This document shows, one piece after another, positions 27,351 to 39,152 of a stretch of DNA of 64,000 nucleotides. Every line of letters begins with the position of its first letter. Position 1 is the first letter of the stretch. Under the pieces are notes generated by a model. That model was not told the origin of the DNA. It saw only the letters and a list, made by a program, of their open reading frames with translations, and did not search any database. Made by a program: the position numbers and the translations under genes. The stretch comes from Octopus vulgaris (Eukaryota), in contig OX597830.1 in the NCBI GenBank assembly GCA_951406725.2, positions 124,001-188,000 on the forward strand, in the 5' to 3' direction.

Positions 27351-27878
27351 CAAAATGAGGGTGAAAAATTGGATATTAATTTGATAACATCAATTTAACA
27401 CCAGTGGTCTAACGCATAAAAAACTGATTCAGTAAATAGTATTTTATACATAAATATAAGTGGGAACCACTATGTGGAAGCCCTTACGCTTAAAAGAGAT
27501 CTGCATAGGTCTCAACCACTAAGAAGTGTTCTCCAGAAAATTTAGCCCACCAGAAACGTAAGCGAGCAAAACAAATGAAAAATAACAAAAATATAGATTA
27601 ATCCTATACAATTGTTTCACTCTTAATAAATTATGCAATTTTACTTAAACAATTCATCTGCAGCTCATCAGTGAGATCCTCATATTAAGATATAATTTGT
27701 CGAACTCCATGCCAGATATCAACACGAGGTCGAAAATGCATGTAGTTCCACCTATTATGTCTACAGTTATCTTCAAAAGTCCTCACGTTTCTGGTGTGCT
27801 AAATTTTCTGGAGAACAATTCTTAGTGGTTGAGACGTTAGCGTAAGGGGTGCCACATAGTGGTTCCCTCTTATATTTA
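27347..27878 (-). mobile_element. Non-coding HHR-containing element (family B) in (TA)n with about 100-bp internal inverted repeat
   Basis: 27451-27561 is the reverse complement of 27783-27878 apart from an indel. The HHR lies between the arms. Confidence 0.75.
27601..27677 (-). ncRNA. Type I hammerhead ribozyme with long stem II insert
   Basis: Minus strand: atctca-CTGATGA-gct...agt-GAAAC-aatt-GTA-taggat. Stem I has one mismatch. Confidence 0.7.
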
Positions 27879-30794
27879 TGTATATATATATATATATATA
27901 AACAACTGTATATACATATATATATATATAAATGGAGTAGAGAGAGAGAATGAGAGAGAGAGAGACAGAGAAAGATAGATCGATATATATATAGATATTC
28001 TCAAGTCAGATAACAAATTCAGACTGAAATATTGGGTAAGGTTGACGAAGGCGTGATCTAACAAAGCGAATGAACAAATGAGACGGATTCGTCTTTGATG
28101 TTTGGCGGCGAAAAACATTAAGAAATGAAAAGATGTAACAAGCAGATACTGGGTGACAATTCGTGTATGTGAGAGTTTCAGTAAGACAAAGGAAGGAACG
28201 TAATGGATTCAACATTTAAAAAACATAAATAGACGACATTTCGAACATATAAAAGATAATTGCGCATCAACGTGCCGAAGAAATTGTTAATCACAAAGAA
28301 ACTGCTTGAGTAAGTCCTGTGGAGTAAAATAAAGATTTATGCAAGATAATATTAAGTCACTATTAATAACAGAAACTTAAGCAGATAGCATACAAAACTT
28401 GTCTAAGTCTCGCATTCCTGTAAGTTAGTTTGCGTAATATATTTCTGTGGCGATATGATGTTATGATGTCTGATGAAGAAACACGATGTAAAAAGGAAGA
28501 ATAGAAAGAAACGAAGGAGAAAAAAATCCCAGAAAAACGAGGAAAATTAACGGAAAGAAGATAGAGAAGGAAAATGCAAAGAAATGAAGAAGGGAAGAGA
28601 TTCTGGTTAAAAGAAAGCACAAAAGAGCAAACCGTAAGAAACGACAGGGAATGATGAAGCAATAAAACTGATTATTTGTTGGTGGCGTAGATCAGTATAT
28701 GAGAACGAACTTCTTTCATTTTAAACGAGCTGTAAATTGCTTCTGAATTGGCGGGTTGGCGGTTATAAGGGAGCAATTTACTGTTAGTCTCTTTACTATG
28801 AAACACAGCCTGTATCTTCTGTTGACATCGTAGTTTGTAGCATTCCCTTTCAAAAAAAAAAAACATATGTACACAACACCGCTTTGTAGGGGGAGCTATT
28901 AGAAGTGGAGCATCTCTACATTGGTGAAAGTTAACAATCCAATCGTTTACGCATATGTATCTATGTCTATCGACACACTTGTGCCTCATTGAGTGTACAT
29001 ACACATGTTGATAATAAGTGTATATGTGTGACTGTGTGTGTGTATATTACGCAACTTTCAGTATCGTCAACTGCTGAAATATATAATTACCGATGTAGAA
29101 AGACGATGTATCAGTGTCTTCTAATTGAAATACCGTGTAGTATTTAGTCCTGCCAAGTTGCTCAAGGACATTGAGCTGACTCTTGTCACGGTAAAAATAG
29201 TGAATCACTGATTGCTCAGTTCGAGATCGGAAACCAGCAACGCTATTGTTTAAAATATATGTTACAAAGTATAGCGAGTTGGAATTGAAACCCTATCGCT
29301 GAATGCGTCCCAACATTATAGTCCATTGTTTTCCGCTTGAAGCAAAATATTACAGATGAATCAGTGTTTGGAAGCCTTCCGTTCAGTTTGGTAAAAGTAT
29401 TTTATGAACAACAAAAATATTAATGTAAAAAAACCTCAACAAAAAAGGGAAAAAAATGTTTCACAAATGAAAGACAAAAGAAAATGAAATAAAACCAAAC
29501 AAAACGTATTTTAGAATTAAACTAAAATGATGATAGAAACTGTGTGATGAAATATGTTTGGTGTTCGGGGAATGGCATAAGCAATATCTCCTGCTCACAG
29601 CTCATCAGCATTTTTCAGAATGACGTAGGTGGAAGCCTAAAGATCAATTTGATTCCAACAGAAATAGAAAATTCAATTTTATTGCGTCACTTAAAAGATT
29701 GCGTAATTCAAATATACAGATAATGGGGAAGAGACGGCGAGTGAAGATGAAAAGCAGAGAATGAGAGAAAGAGCGGGAGAGAGAGAGAGAGAAAGAAGGG
29801 AGAGAGAGGGGGAAGATGAGAGAGAGAGGGAGAGGGAGAAAGAGAGAGAGAGAGAGAGTGTGTGTGTGTATTCAAGGTCATTACTTTTCGCTTATATATT
29901 TTACCTTTCACGAAGTTGCCTACAAATATCAATAGCAAACCGAGAATAAACGAAAACTCGACAAAAACGTTTGTCTCAACCTGTTTAAATATCTCACTAT
30001 TTAGCAATATCAGCGACCAGTTGTCCATCATCTAATTTGCTTAGTACTTTCTCTCTCTCTCCATCTTTCTTCCTTTTTCAATAGCTTCCTTCCATTTATT
30101 GCATCTATTTTCATACTTTAAAGCCTTCAAGTAACGTTCATTTATTTACTTTTAGGTTATGGTGTGTATTTTAACTTCAATAGCGCCGTTCCTCTTTTGG
30201 CTTCCATACTGCTGTTTCTGTGAAAGACAGCTGATAATAAAACATGTAATACGAGCCTTTCTTTTTTTCCGTTTTAGAAATGGAGATTTTCAAACAAAGA
30301 AAGAAAAAGAAGCAAAAGTTAAATGAAAACGCTTCTGCATTCATGTATGTAACTGTTTTTCTTTAACATCGACTAAAGTAAAAACAAAGTAAAAAAAAAC
30401 GTAAAAAATGAAATATGAAATTAATCAAAATGTATAAATAACCTAATGCAAATAGGCATTTCATTTACACTTCCTTGAAAATATGTCTTGAAACTGACGG
30501 TGATACAAGATAAGTTCATATCATACATTACCAAAACAATTGTTGTAGAAATATGCGCACTAAAGTATGTATATATGTATGCCTTGTTTAGAATATATTT
30601 TAATACAATTGCCTGTCCGGAATACATTTGCATATGCGGGCTTGTTTTTCACAGACACATACAGACAGCTACCACCCCCACACAGACCTATATATATATA
30701 AGTTCAGCAAAATTTAGATTCAAATGAATATGGTACTTAAGTTAGATGCACCCGAATTTTGTATGGTGTTATCCATATAAATCCAGGGGGTGAT

Positions 30795-32647
30795 TATAAT
30801 AAAAAATAAGCAACAAGAGTAACTTCGGTAATTTGGTACGATCGTTTCACGCTACATCATTTTATTAAATATTGTAAGTATTACAACAGTTTTAAAATGT
30901 TGAGCAATCATCAGCCATTAATAGAGGTTTCCCATTAATACATAATTTTCATATCAATTGATAACGTTATAGAGAAGGTAGATATATAGACAAAGATGTC
31001 GATTTAAATTTTAAGAACTTTCAGGTAGCAGAGTTTAGCAACTGACTGAAGAATATTCAGAATATTCAGTTATTTTGAACTGCTAGAAGGTTGGGAAGAA
31101 TGATCAGTTGAAAGAAGACAAAAAAGATTTTCTATTTATAGAAATATGATTGAAATAGATGTGAGAAGTTCTTTGTAAAGAAATTAAGGTAGAGAGGCTG
31201 TTTACTACTATTTGGCGAACAGATTTTGTATTAGGAAAACCAGGTCAATGTCAGATGGTCAAAGTGACCACTTATAAGGAATACAGAGATCCTTTTAAAC
31301 TTATATACATGGTAGGTTTTGAATATTTTGAATATTTTGATTAAAGGAGAAATTATAAATCTAATATTTATTCATTTAGGAGAAAAATCCATCACTTAAT
31401 GAGAAGGAATAATACTCAATAACTGAGGACAAAAGTCTTATTAATCAAGTGAATATATTGGGGGTCAAATTTGCATAATAGAAAAACTGGAAGAGGAGTA
31501 ATCAAGAAGAATAGTTCATCACCTTCTGGTGATTTATTTTTATGAAGAGAAGTAATTAAGAAGAGTAAATTACTCAGATTACGTAGATAGTGAATTGTTA
31601 TTAATGAATTAAAATATAGAATCTGTTAGACATAATATTTACTACCCGCGGAGAAAGGCTAATTAGTTAGGTAAAAATATCCTAGGTTAATGATATATTA
31701 AGAAATGGAAGTGAGGTAATCAAGGTGAACTGAGTAGTTTCTTTAGGGACATAGAATTTATACTATTTAGTATAGGAGATTATCAAAAAAAAAGGAAAAA
31801 GGGAGAATTTAATTCTAAATTTGCAATGAAGTTTTTTAGTAAACTATGCATGTTGAATTAAAAGCTAGTATAGTATATTCATTCTTATTTGGTTATAAAG
31901 AATTAGAATTTGAAAAATTTAGGAATGATCACAATATTATTATCTAAAATATTTAAACGTATGGGTTGTGCAATGTATGCAAGATGTTCTTAGTTCCGAA
32001 CGGTTATTTAACAGATTTGTATTATTCCTATGTTTTAAAATTTCAAATGTTTCCATAGAACAAAGTTCACAGCCATCTCTACTATTTTTTATAAGGCTGT
32101 GCTTTTCTTACTATATCCCATTTCAGGTTAAATTCTATATTATTCGTTTTCATTTCCCAAATTTTACTAGACAAGGTTGTGCAACCTGCCTTGTGTTTAA
32201 GCCTAAAGGAGGAAAAATGATTTTTTAAACGTTTTTTTGAAATCTACCGAACAACCGAAATAAAGATAGTTATTATTTGAAGTCACTATTGTACATTTAT
32301 AAATCACATTTTGGACCAAACAGCGGCCAGATACCGGACATTTCGATCTAATCCTACAATTACAACTGGGGGGATAATTCCTGGTACTAGTATTATTTAT
32401 GGATAATTCGTTTTCATTTCCGTCATTTGAGTTGTTATTAGTATTAGTGTTATTTTCTCTAATATTATTTACATTGTTATGTAAACTGGGGTTACTAGTT
32501 ATTAATCTATTCTCACTATCTTCACCTACTCCATTTTTATCTATACTACCTATATTATTGATGTTGCTATTATCACTTTTATTAATGTTGTTATTATTAT
32601 TATTCTTATTCTTATCATCATCATTATTAATATTATTATTATTATTA

Positions 32648-32685
<38 letters not shown>

Positions 32686-33705
32686 GCTATTTTTATTATT
32701 ATTATTACAATTATTATTGTTGTTACTATTTATTCTATCTCTAGCTAACTTTATATTTTTACTATTAAGTCTAGCTATTATGGTAGCCATATTTGGAAGT
32801 GTAGAATATGATATTCTTACTGATTTCTTAGAAATTATTTTATAATATTTATGGGAAGCTGGGAAGTTTTTTTCGAGTATAGACATAAATCTACTGTATA
32901 TATTCGTCGAGATCGCACAGTTGAAGGGGATATTTAACCAAATAACATTTTTTCTTTTGTATTTTTTGTTTGAGTAAGAGTGGGAAAGATTAATGTTATC
33001 CATATTCTTATGAGATTCATTATTCATTTTAGTCTTATTTTTATGTTTATTAGGTTTTTTCTTTGTGGAAGAGATTTTTGTATTATTATTTACATTTATT
33101 TTATCTGGATTAACATTTTCATATTTATTTACTATTTTCATTCATATTATTGAGTTTATATACTGGGTTCTTTTCTTCTCTTGATTTACGTTTATTTAGA
33201 GTATGAGATTCTGTATTACTTGAGCCATTTACATTCACTTCATCGTTTAAGAGATTTATGTTATCAAGATCTAGGAAGGTGATTTCTTGGTCGTATCCAG
33301 CCCTGTATAATGCAATATTATAATGATTAGAGTGAGAGTCAAAGATTTCAATATTCGATGATAATTTTGAAATTCTATGAGAAATATTTTTCATTATTGA
33401 TTTTAGTATATTAGTGGGGGGATTAGATAATTTATTTACGTATCTGGTAACTTCACCCTCCTTTCTAAATAGGTAATATAACTTTGAATTTAAGTCTAAG
33501 GTAACGTCTAGAAAATTCACTATCTTGGTGTTATGATCATACGTAATGCCTAAGTTGAAATCTTTGAAAAATTTACTAATTTTCTTTCTTATTCTCTCAA
33601 TTTTTGATTTATTGTTACTAGGTACAATAAACAAAGCATCATATCTATATAAACCACCTTGTAATTTCGGGATATCTCTACTTATGCATTTTAATAAATA
33701 CGCCC
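30795..33705 (-). mobile_element. 5'-truncated decayed Penelope-like element (RT C-terminus, Asn-rich linker, GIY-YIG, long 3' region with HHR)
   Basis: 33125-33634 has VNFLDVTLDL..YVNKLSNPP. 32203-33141 has WLNIPFN, RISYS and CNCR..CPVSGRCL..VIYKC..YFG. Confidence 0.85.
30834..30917 (-). ncRNA. Type I hammerhead ribozyme at the PLE 3' end, long AU-rich stem II
   Basis: Minus strand: tgg-CTGATGA-ttgct..aacatttt..ttgtaa tac ttacaa..aaaatg..agcgt-GAAAC-gatc-GTA-cca. Confidence 0.75.
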
Positions 33706-34304
33706 CTATATATATATATATATATCTTCACGCGAGTATGATATATGTCAACTTAACTACGTAGATAACACAAGGCTGTCACTTGCAAGTTGGCACTATA
33801 TCCACCAGTAGTATACCAATATGAAAATTCCTATAATCAAGGTCATAAAAGCATCTTGTTAAGATGATCTTGATTCATTTTCCGGAGGGATCTAGAATAA
33901 AAATATATGGTCAAATGATATACGGAGGGACTACTGTGAAAATGTCTCCACAAAATTTATATCAACAATGAAACTCTCCTGACGGTTGTTGGTGCGGATA
34001 GCTCACATTCTACCACGTAATCTTCGTTAACCTGATCAAGAGAACAATGAACGTTGAAATTGGTGTGGTTGATTGTTAGCACGTAAAGCACAAGTAGCTA
34101 AAATTACAGGCCCACATCATTCTTGAATGTGATATAAATTATATATATGTTATTTGAATGCATTGCTCCAGGATCACTGCTACAATTTCTTGCCATATTT
34201 GTGTACATGTGTATATACTTCTGTGTATTTATCTCTCTTTTCATCCATCAATTCAGCGACATAGCTACCTATCTCTGTATGCTTAAATGGACGCACACAC
34301 GCAT

Positions 34305-34359
<55 letters not shown>

Positions 34360-34654
34360 TTTTACAAGGAAAGTTGATAGTGATACTTCGAAATTTCGGA
34401 AATGAGGGATGCCAGCTGAAACTTCGAAATCACTGTCAAACTGTTACTTCTAAAAAGTTAGTAAATATAGACCTCATTTCAAAGTAATGAATAATCCTTC
34501 AATTTATTCTTAAATTGCTTTTATGTATAACAAACACACAAACGTATTCTTAGATGGATAATAAATAGATGACATTTTGTATCTCTCTCTTTATGTATAC
34601 AAACAGAGATATCCGGTCTTACTCGGGATTAAAATGGTATAGATTTTTTTATTA

Positions 34655-34845
34655 TTCTACCTTTTTCAGTCATGTGACTACGGCCATGCTGGAGTACCGC
34701 ATTTTTGTTGAAGAAATCGACCCCTGGACTTATTCTTTGTAAGCCTGGTGCTTATTCTATCGATATCTTTTGCTGAACTGCTAGATACGTGGACGTAAAC
34801 ACACCAATATCTGTTTCTAAGCGGTGGTGGTGGGAACAAACAGAC

Positions 34846-34850
<5 letters not shown>
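34655..34850 (-). mobile_element. SINE 3' half
   Basis: gactacggccatgctggagtaccgc...gacttattctttgtaagcct matches the SINE tail. Confidence 0.8.
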
Positions 34851-34879
<29 letters not shown>

Positions 34880-34899
34880 CTATTTATTGTCAATAGTAT

Positions 34900-35160
34900 A
34901 TACTAGCAGTATAGACCGGCGCTGCCCGGGATTAAGTTAGGATTATTAAGCTAATCAAGCGCTTTGTTTCAAACCAAACTAAGTAACACTGATGTCAAAT
35001 TTGAGTGAAATCTGTAGAAATTGGTAAACGTTTGACTGAAAATGGGTTGCAGACAACTTGATTGTCAATAGTGAGGTCAATAAAATAAATATCACTAGAA
35101 CATCGGGGTCCACGTAATCGACTAGGTTCCTCCTAACAACATTTCAAACCTTGTATTTAT
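34900..35160 (+). mobile_element. Helitron-like repeat fragment
   Basis: atactagcagtatagaccggcgctgcccggg start shared with 15375. Right boundary is uncertain. Confidence 0.4.
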
Positions 35161-35229
35161 CGAAGACAATAATAATTATTTTTATTCACTTCTCTTGATT
35201 TATCTATGTCACGCCTTAGCTCCATCGCG

Positions 35230-36272
35230 CAGCTTAGGGATGCAACAATTTTCTCAACAAATGTGCTATGTACTGCTGCTAACTGAATGTTTCGTATGCA
35301 GTTTGGTATTAGCAGCTTTTGATGCCAGGACATTGCACTCTTTGATATGGTCCTAGCTGCACCGATAAACCACACTCACTTCTGAGGCTCTATAGATGCA
35401 TTTCGTTTCCAATGCTAAGTCCTCTGTTTTCACAATAATCTATCCTGTAGGCATATCTACATCGATGAAGGTCCTTCCGTAGAAGATTGGTATCTGGTCG
35501 GATATGTTGCGGCTTCTTATCTGTGTATTTGGGCATATTCCATGTGGGTTCCACGTGACTATTCTCTGCTATTGTCATTTGGCGTTGTTTTTTGTGGCTC
35601 TTCTGGGCCAGTTTTGAGCTTCCACTAATAAGTCTAATTGTCTCAGATGAGTTTTCACATAGTCTACAGAAAGGTGATACTGATGTTTTATTAATGCTAC
35701 ACTTGGTTGAATTGGTTTGGGAAGCTTATTCATAGGTAGCAAGAATCAATCTTGTCTCCTTCTTTCAAAAGAAAAATAAAATGCAACTGTCTTCAAGATT
35801 TTTCATCAGTTTTGTTCGCTGTTTGTTGGAAAGCTCCTCGCGTAAGATTTCCTCTATCCAATTGATCATCTCTCTATTAGTCCTCATATTAGTCTCTATT
35901 AGTCGTCATTAGTCTCTATTAGTCCTCATATAGTACTCCTTGATGATTTCACCAATATTTCTAATAATTTTGTCACTCAGTGCAACCTGCAACATTCTTT
36001 CAGATAGGCATTCTTCAGATAGGCATGCAAGGATCTGGTTTCATTCACAACACTATCCTCTGTTATAACCAGTCCTCTTCCACCTTCCTTTCTAGTTAAG
36101 TAAAGCCTTGCTACGTTACTTTTCGTGCGAGGGCAGCCATGCAAGGCCATCCCTTTAAAAAATTTTTCTTCCATGTTGACCATTCTTCTCACAACTCCTG
36201 CACAGTAACGCATCACACCTACAGTCCACGCGTTGACACCGCTATTTTGGTCCCTCCAATCCACATAGCTTC
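35230..36272 (-). mobile_element. Old R4/Dong-like LINE remnants
   Basis: RLYLTRKEGGRGL at about 36070-36110 and TDKKPQHIRPD (RLE region) at about 35490-35525. Confidence 0.6.
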
Positions 36273-36725
36273 TTCTTATTATTATTAGTAGTAATAGTAG
36301 TAGTAGTAACAGAAGCATTAGTAGTAGTATTTATTTATTTATTTTGATAACCACAAATGATTAAAAATTTGTTTGTCTGAGACAAAATTTTCATCAGTAA
36401 AATGAAAGGAAAACAATTGAAATTTAATAAAAAGATTACAAAAACAAAAATAGATAGCAACAACAACAATAATAACCTTCATCTTTCATTTTTTTGAAAA
36501 CTAAACATTTGTAAAAATTTTTGTTCTTCATATTGTTGGATGATGGTGATGACTTTTTTCAATAGATTTAAAAACCAAATTAATATAAATTACCAACAGA
36601 TCAAAGTGTAAAATTATTTCTTTTTAAAGATAATTCCTAAAACAACAACAGTAATAAACCAGCCAAGCCAAACTGTAGAACTAAACCAAATTTTTTAAAT
36701 TTCTGTCATCGGAGTTTAATAACTT

Positions 36726-37866
36726 TTATGACAGAAATTTATTCCCAGTGAATTGTGGACATCCGACATTATTAGTGTCCATTTTCCTAGTGAAAATCCT
36801 ATCTATATACGATCTAGATGACCCTAAGCGGTTGGTCCAGGTCCACACTGGCGCATTAGGGAAAGCCTGTCGGTACCTGTCAGACAGTTGGAAATGGCTG
36901 ATCCTCGAACGTTTAAAATACCTACTCATGTTGGCAAGCTAAAGAGAGCAGGGAAAGAGAGAGGAAACTACGGAAGTGGCGGTTTTTCATCGTCGCAAAC
37001 GCGGTGTCTTGTGAAGGTTGGGTGGTTCGACTTCCATAACTGGTGGTGGTTGTGGTGGGGTATTGGGAACTCCTTTAAGAGTCTCGATGTGGGTCTCACG
37101 TCCCCCAGGAAAGCTCTTTCGAATTTGTGTGTAGGAATCGAACGAAAATCCTACCAGAAGCAAACCTTGTACGCGAAACGTGCTTAATTCGAAAATACCT
37201 CCCCTTGTTTCAAATTCATTGTTTTGTGATACGAGGGCCATCAGTTCCCTCTTGCTCCCTCTGATGAGAACGAAGTTGGCTGTTTTGTATTGGTGTTGTT
37301 TTATTTGTTTGCTTGACTGTCTTGTTTCGCTTGTGTCAGTGTTTGCTGTGAGTGCGGTAACTACATTTTTTATGTTTATATGAGTTTGTTCTTGTGTCTG
37401 TTTAGGTTGTTTGCGTTCGGAGGATTCTGGTGATAATGATGGTGTTGGTTGTGTTGGTGTTATTTGGGAGGTGTTTGCGCGGGTGGTATTTGTATTTTTT
37501 ATCGTGGATGTTGTTATGCTTTGTTGAGTTTTTCTTTTGCGCTGTCTTTTTCGTTTTTTTGGGGCCTTTTGGTTTCCTTCATCTTCACAACTGGAAGACG
37601 AGTGGACTGTGGCTGTGTGTCTGTGCGTATGTTTATATTCTTGTTTATGTGCGTGTTATTATTTTTTTGGTGCGAGGGTGGTGAGAGAGTTTTCCTCCTT
37701 TTCTTCTAGGGTGGTTAATATCTTTGGTATTTCGTTTGTTGTTGCTGGTGATTTTGCCGCTGCTGGTGCTGTGTGTGGTCCTCGTCCCGACACAGGCAGC
37801 AGCGGAGGCCTTCGATCCCTTGCACTTTTTATCAGTTGGGGACGGCAAACTCTCAATAAGGATAAC
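36726..37866 (-). mobile_element. Tx1/L1-like LINE 5' remnant with APE endonuclease fragment
   Basis: LSDRYRQAFPNAPVWTWTN..SRSYIDRIF is typical of the APE C-terminal motifs. The upstream A-rich sequence is ORF1-like. Confidence 0.6.
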
Positions 37867-37892
37867 CCCCCCCACACGCATACATACACATT

Positions 37893-38058
37893 TTTATTTC
37901 TTTTATCATTTATGTTTCACTTGTTTCAGCAACAACACAGCGGCCATGCTGGGGCACCGTCCTGAAAAAATTTTAATCGAAAGTATCGATCTTTTTTAAC
38001 ACTAGTCGTGAAGTGGTAGTGGGGAGACAAACGCAGATATAAAGACACACACACACAC
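37893..38058 (-). mobile_element. SINE 3' fragment
   Basis: gcggccatgctggggcaccg and ggggagacaaacgcaga motifs. Confidence 0.65.
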
Positions 38059-38168
38059 AGAAATATCATTCAAGGAAATGTGGTACATGTATAGCAATAC
38101 TATGGTTTACAAAATAAGAAAGACAACAACATGCAGTGCATAAATAAATGTAGATACTGACATTATTA

Positions 38169-38245
<77 letters not shown>

Positions 38246-38289
38246 AAAAAATGAAGTTCGAAAATGCTGCTGTATTATACAATTTTTAA

Positions 38290-38360
38290 TTTTTATATAT
38301 ACATTATAACATGTTTCAGTTCCTGAAATGAACCTTATCAAAAAAAGTTATATATAAAAA
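38290..38360 (-). ncRNA. Minimal hammerhead ribozyme, U3:A8 variant, at the PLE 3' end
   Basis: Minus strand: TTGATAA-ggttc atttcag gaact-GAAAC-at-GTT. Proximal stem I is imperfect; distal tttttatatata/tatatataaaaa pairs. Confidence 0.55.
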
Positions 38361-38720
38361 AAGACAGCTCATGCCGTCAAACACAAGAAATTCATTTATA
38401 ATACACAACGGAGTCAGACATCTTAGAGTTCATGTATAGTTGATATATAGTTCATGTATAGTTGATATATAGTTTGAAGTATATGTTCAAAGTGTTCGAT
38501 GCAGTGGCCCACGGTGGCGATACGTATTCAATACAAAAAACAGATCAAAGTGGTGGAAAGCGGTCAATACAGAAGATTGATGTTTCCGAAAGAGCGAGGA
38601 ATTCATTTTTACCTTAAGCAATTGTGATGACCCATGGTGGAAGTTCGCTGGGTGGTTCTAGTGAGTTTTTGTGAAATGTTCGGTTTTATAATGCCTGTTA
38701 GGTGGTCAATCTAGCGTAGC

Positions 38721-39152
38721 GTGACGTCATCAATGTTTTGACCAATCGTTTCGTTAGGTGGCTTTAATCAAGTATAACGGGACGTCATCATTATTTTGAC
38801 CAATCGCTGCATTATAACTCCCTCTTGTTTGTTTCCTGTTTTGACCAGTCGCTTCGTTAGTCAAGTAGAACGGGACGTCATCATTATTTTGACCAATCGC
38901 TGCATTATATCTGCCTCTTGTTTGTTTCCTGTTTTGACCAGTCGCTTCGTTAGTCAAGCAGAGCGGGACGTCATCCAGATTCTGCCCAATCACGACTTAT
39001 AGCTACATTAGATCTGCCCCCTGTCTGTACTTGTTAGGTGACTATTCAAGCAGAAAAGGACGTCATCAATATTCTGACTAATGACTGTCCCCTGTTTGTA
39101 TCCTGTCCATTCTAGCAGAGCTAGACGTCATCAACTTGTTGACCAATCAGAA
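38721..39152. repeat. 93-bp tandem repeat with GACGTCA and CCAAT motifs in the PLE 3' region
   Basis: gacgtcatc at 38723, 38781, 38874, 38967, 39059 and 39124; most are followed by ccaatc. Confidence 0.85.

Noticed and set aside
28469-28492. ctgatga..gaaac hammerhead-like words
   Set aside because: No room for stem II and no stem I pairing.
29590-29610. Minus-strand ctgatga core
   Set aside because: No downstream GAAA/stem III in a compatible position.
29708-30031. Minus ORF starting MMDNWSL as a possible host exon
   Set aside because: No recognisable protein similarity, runs into a (CT)n tract, and splice signals are not convincing.
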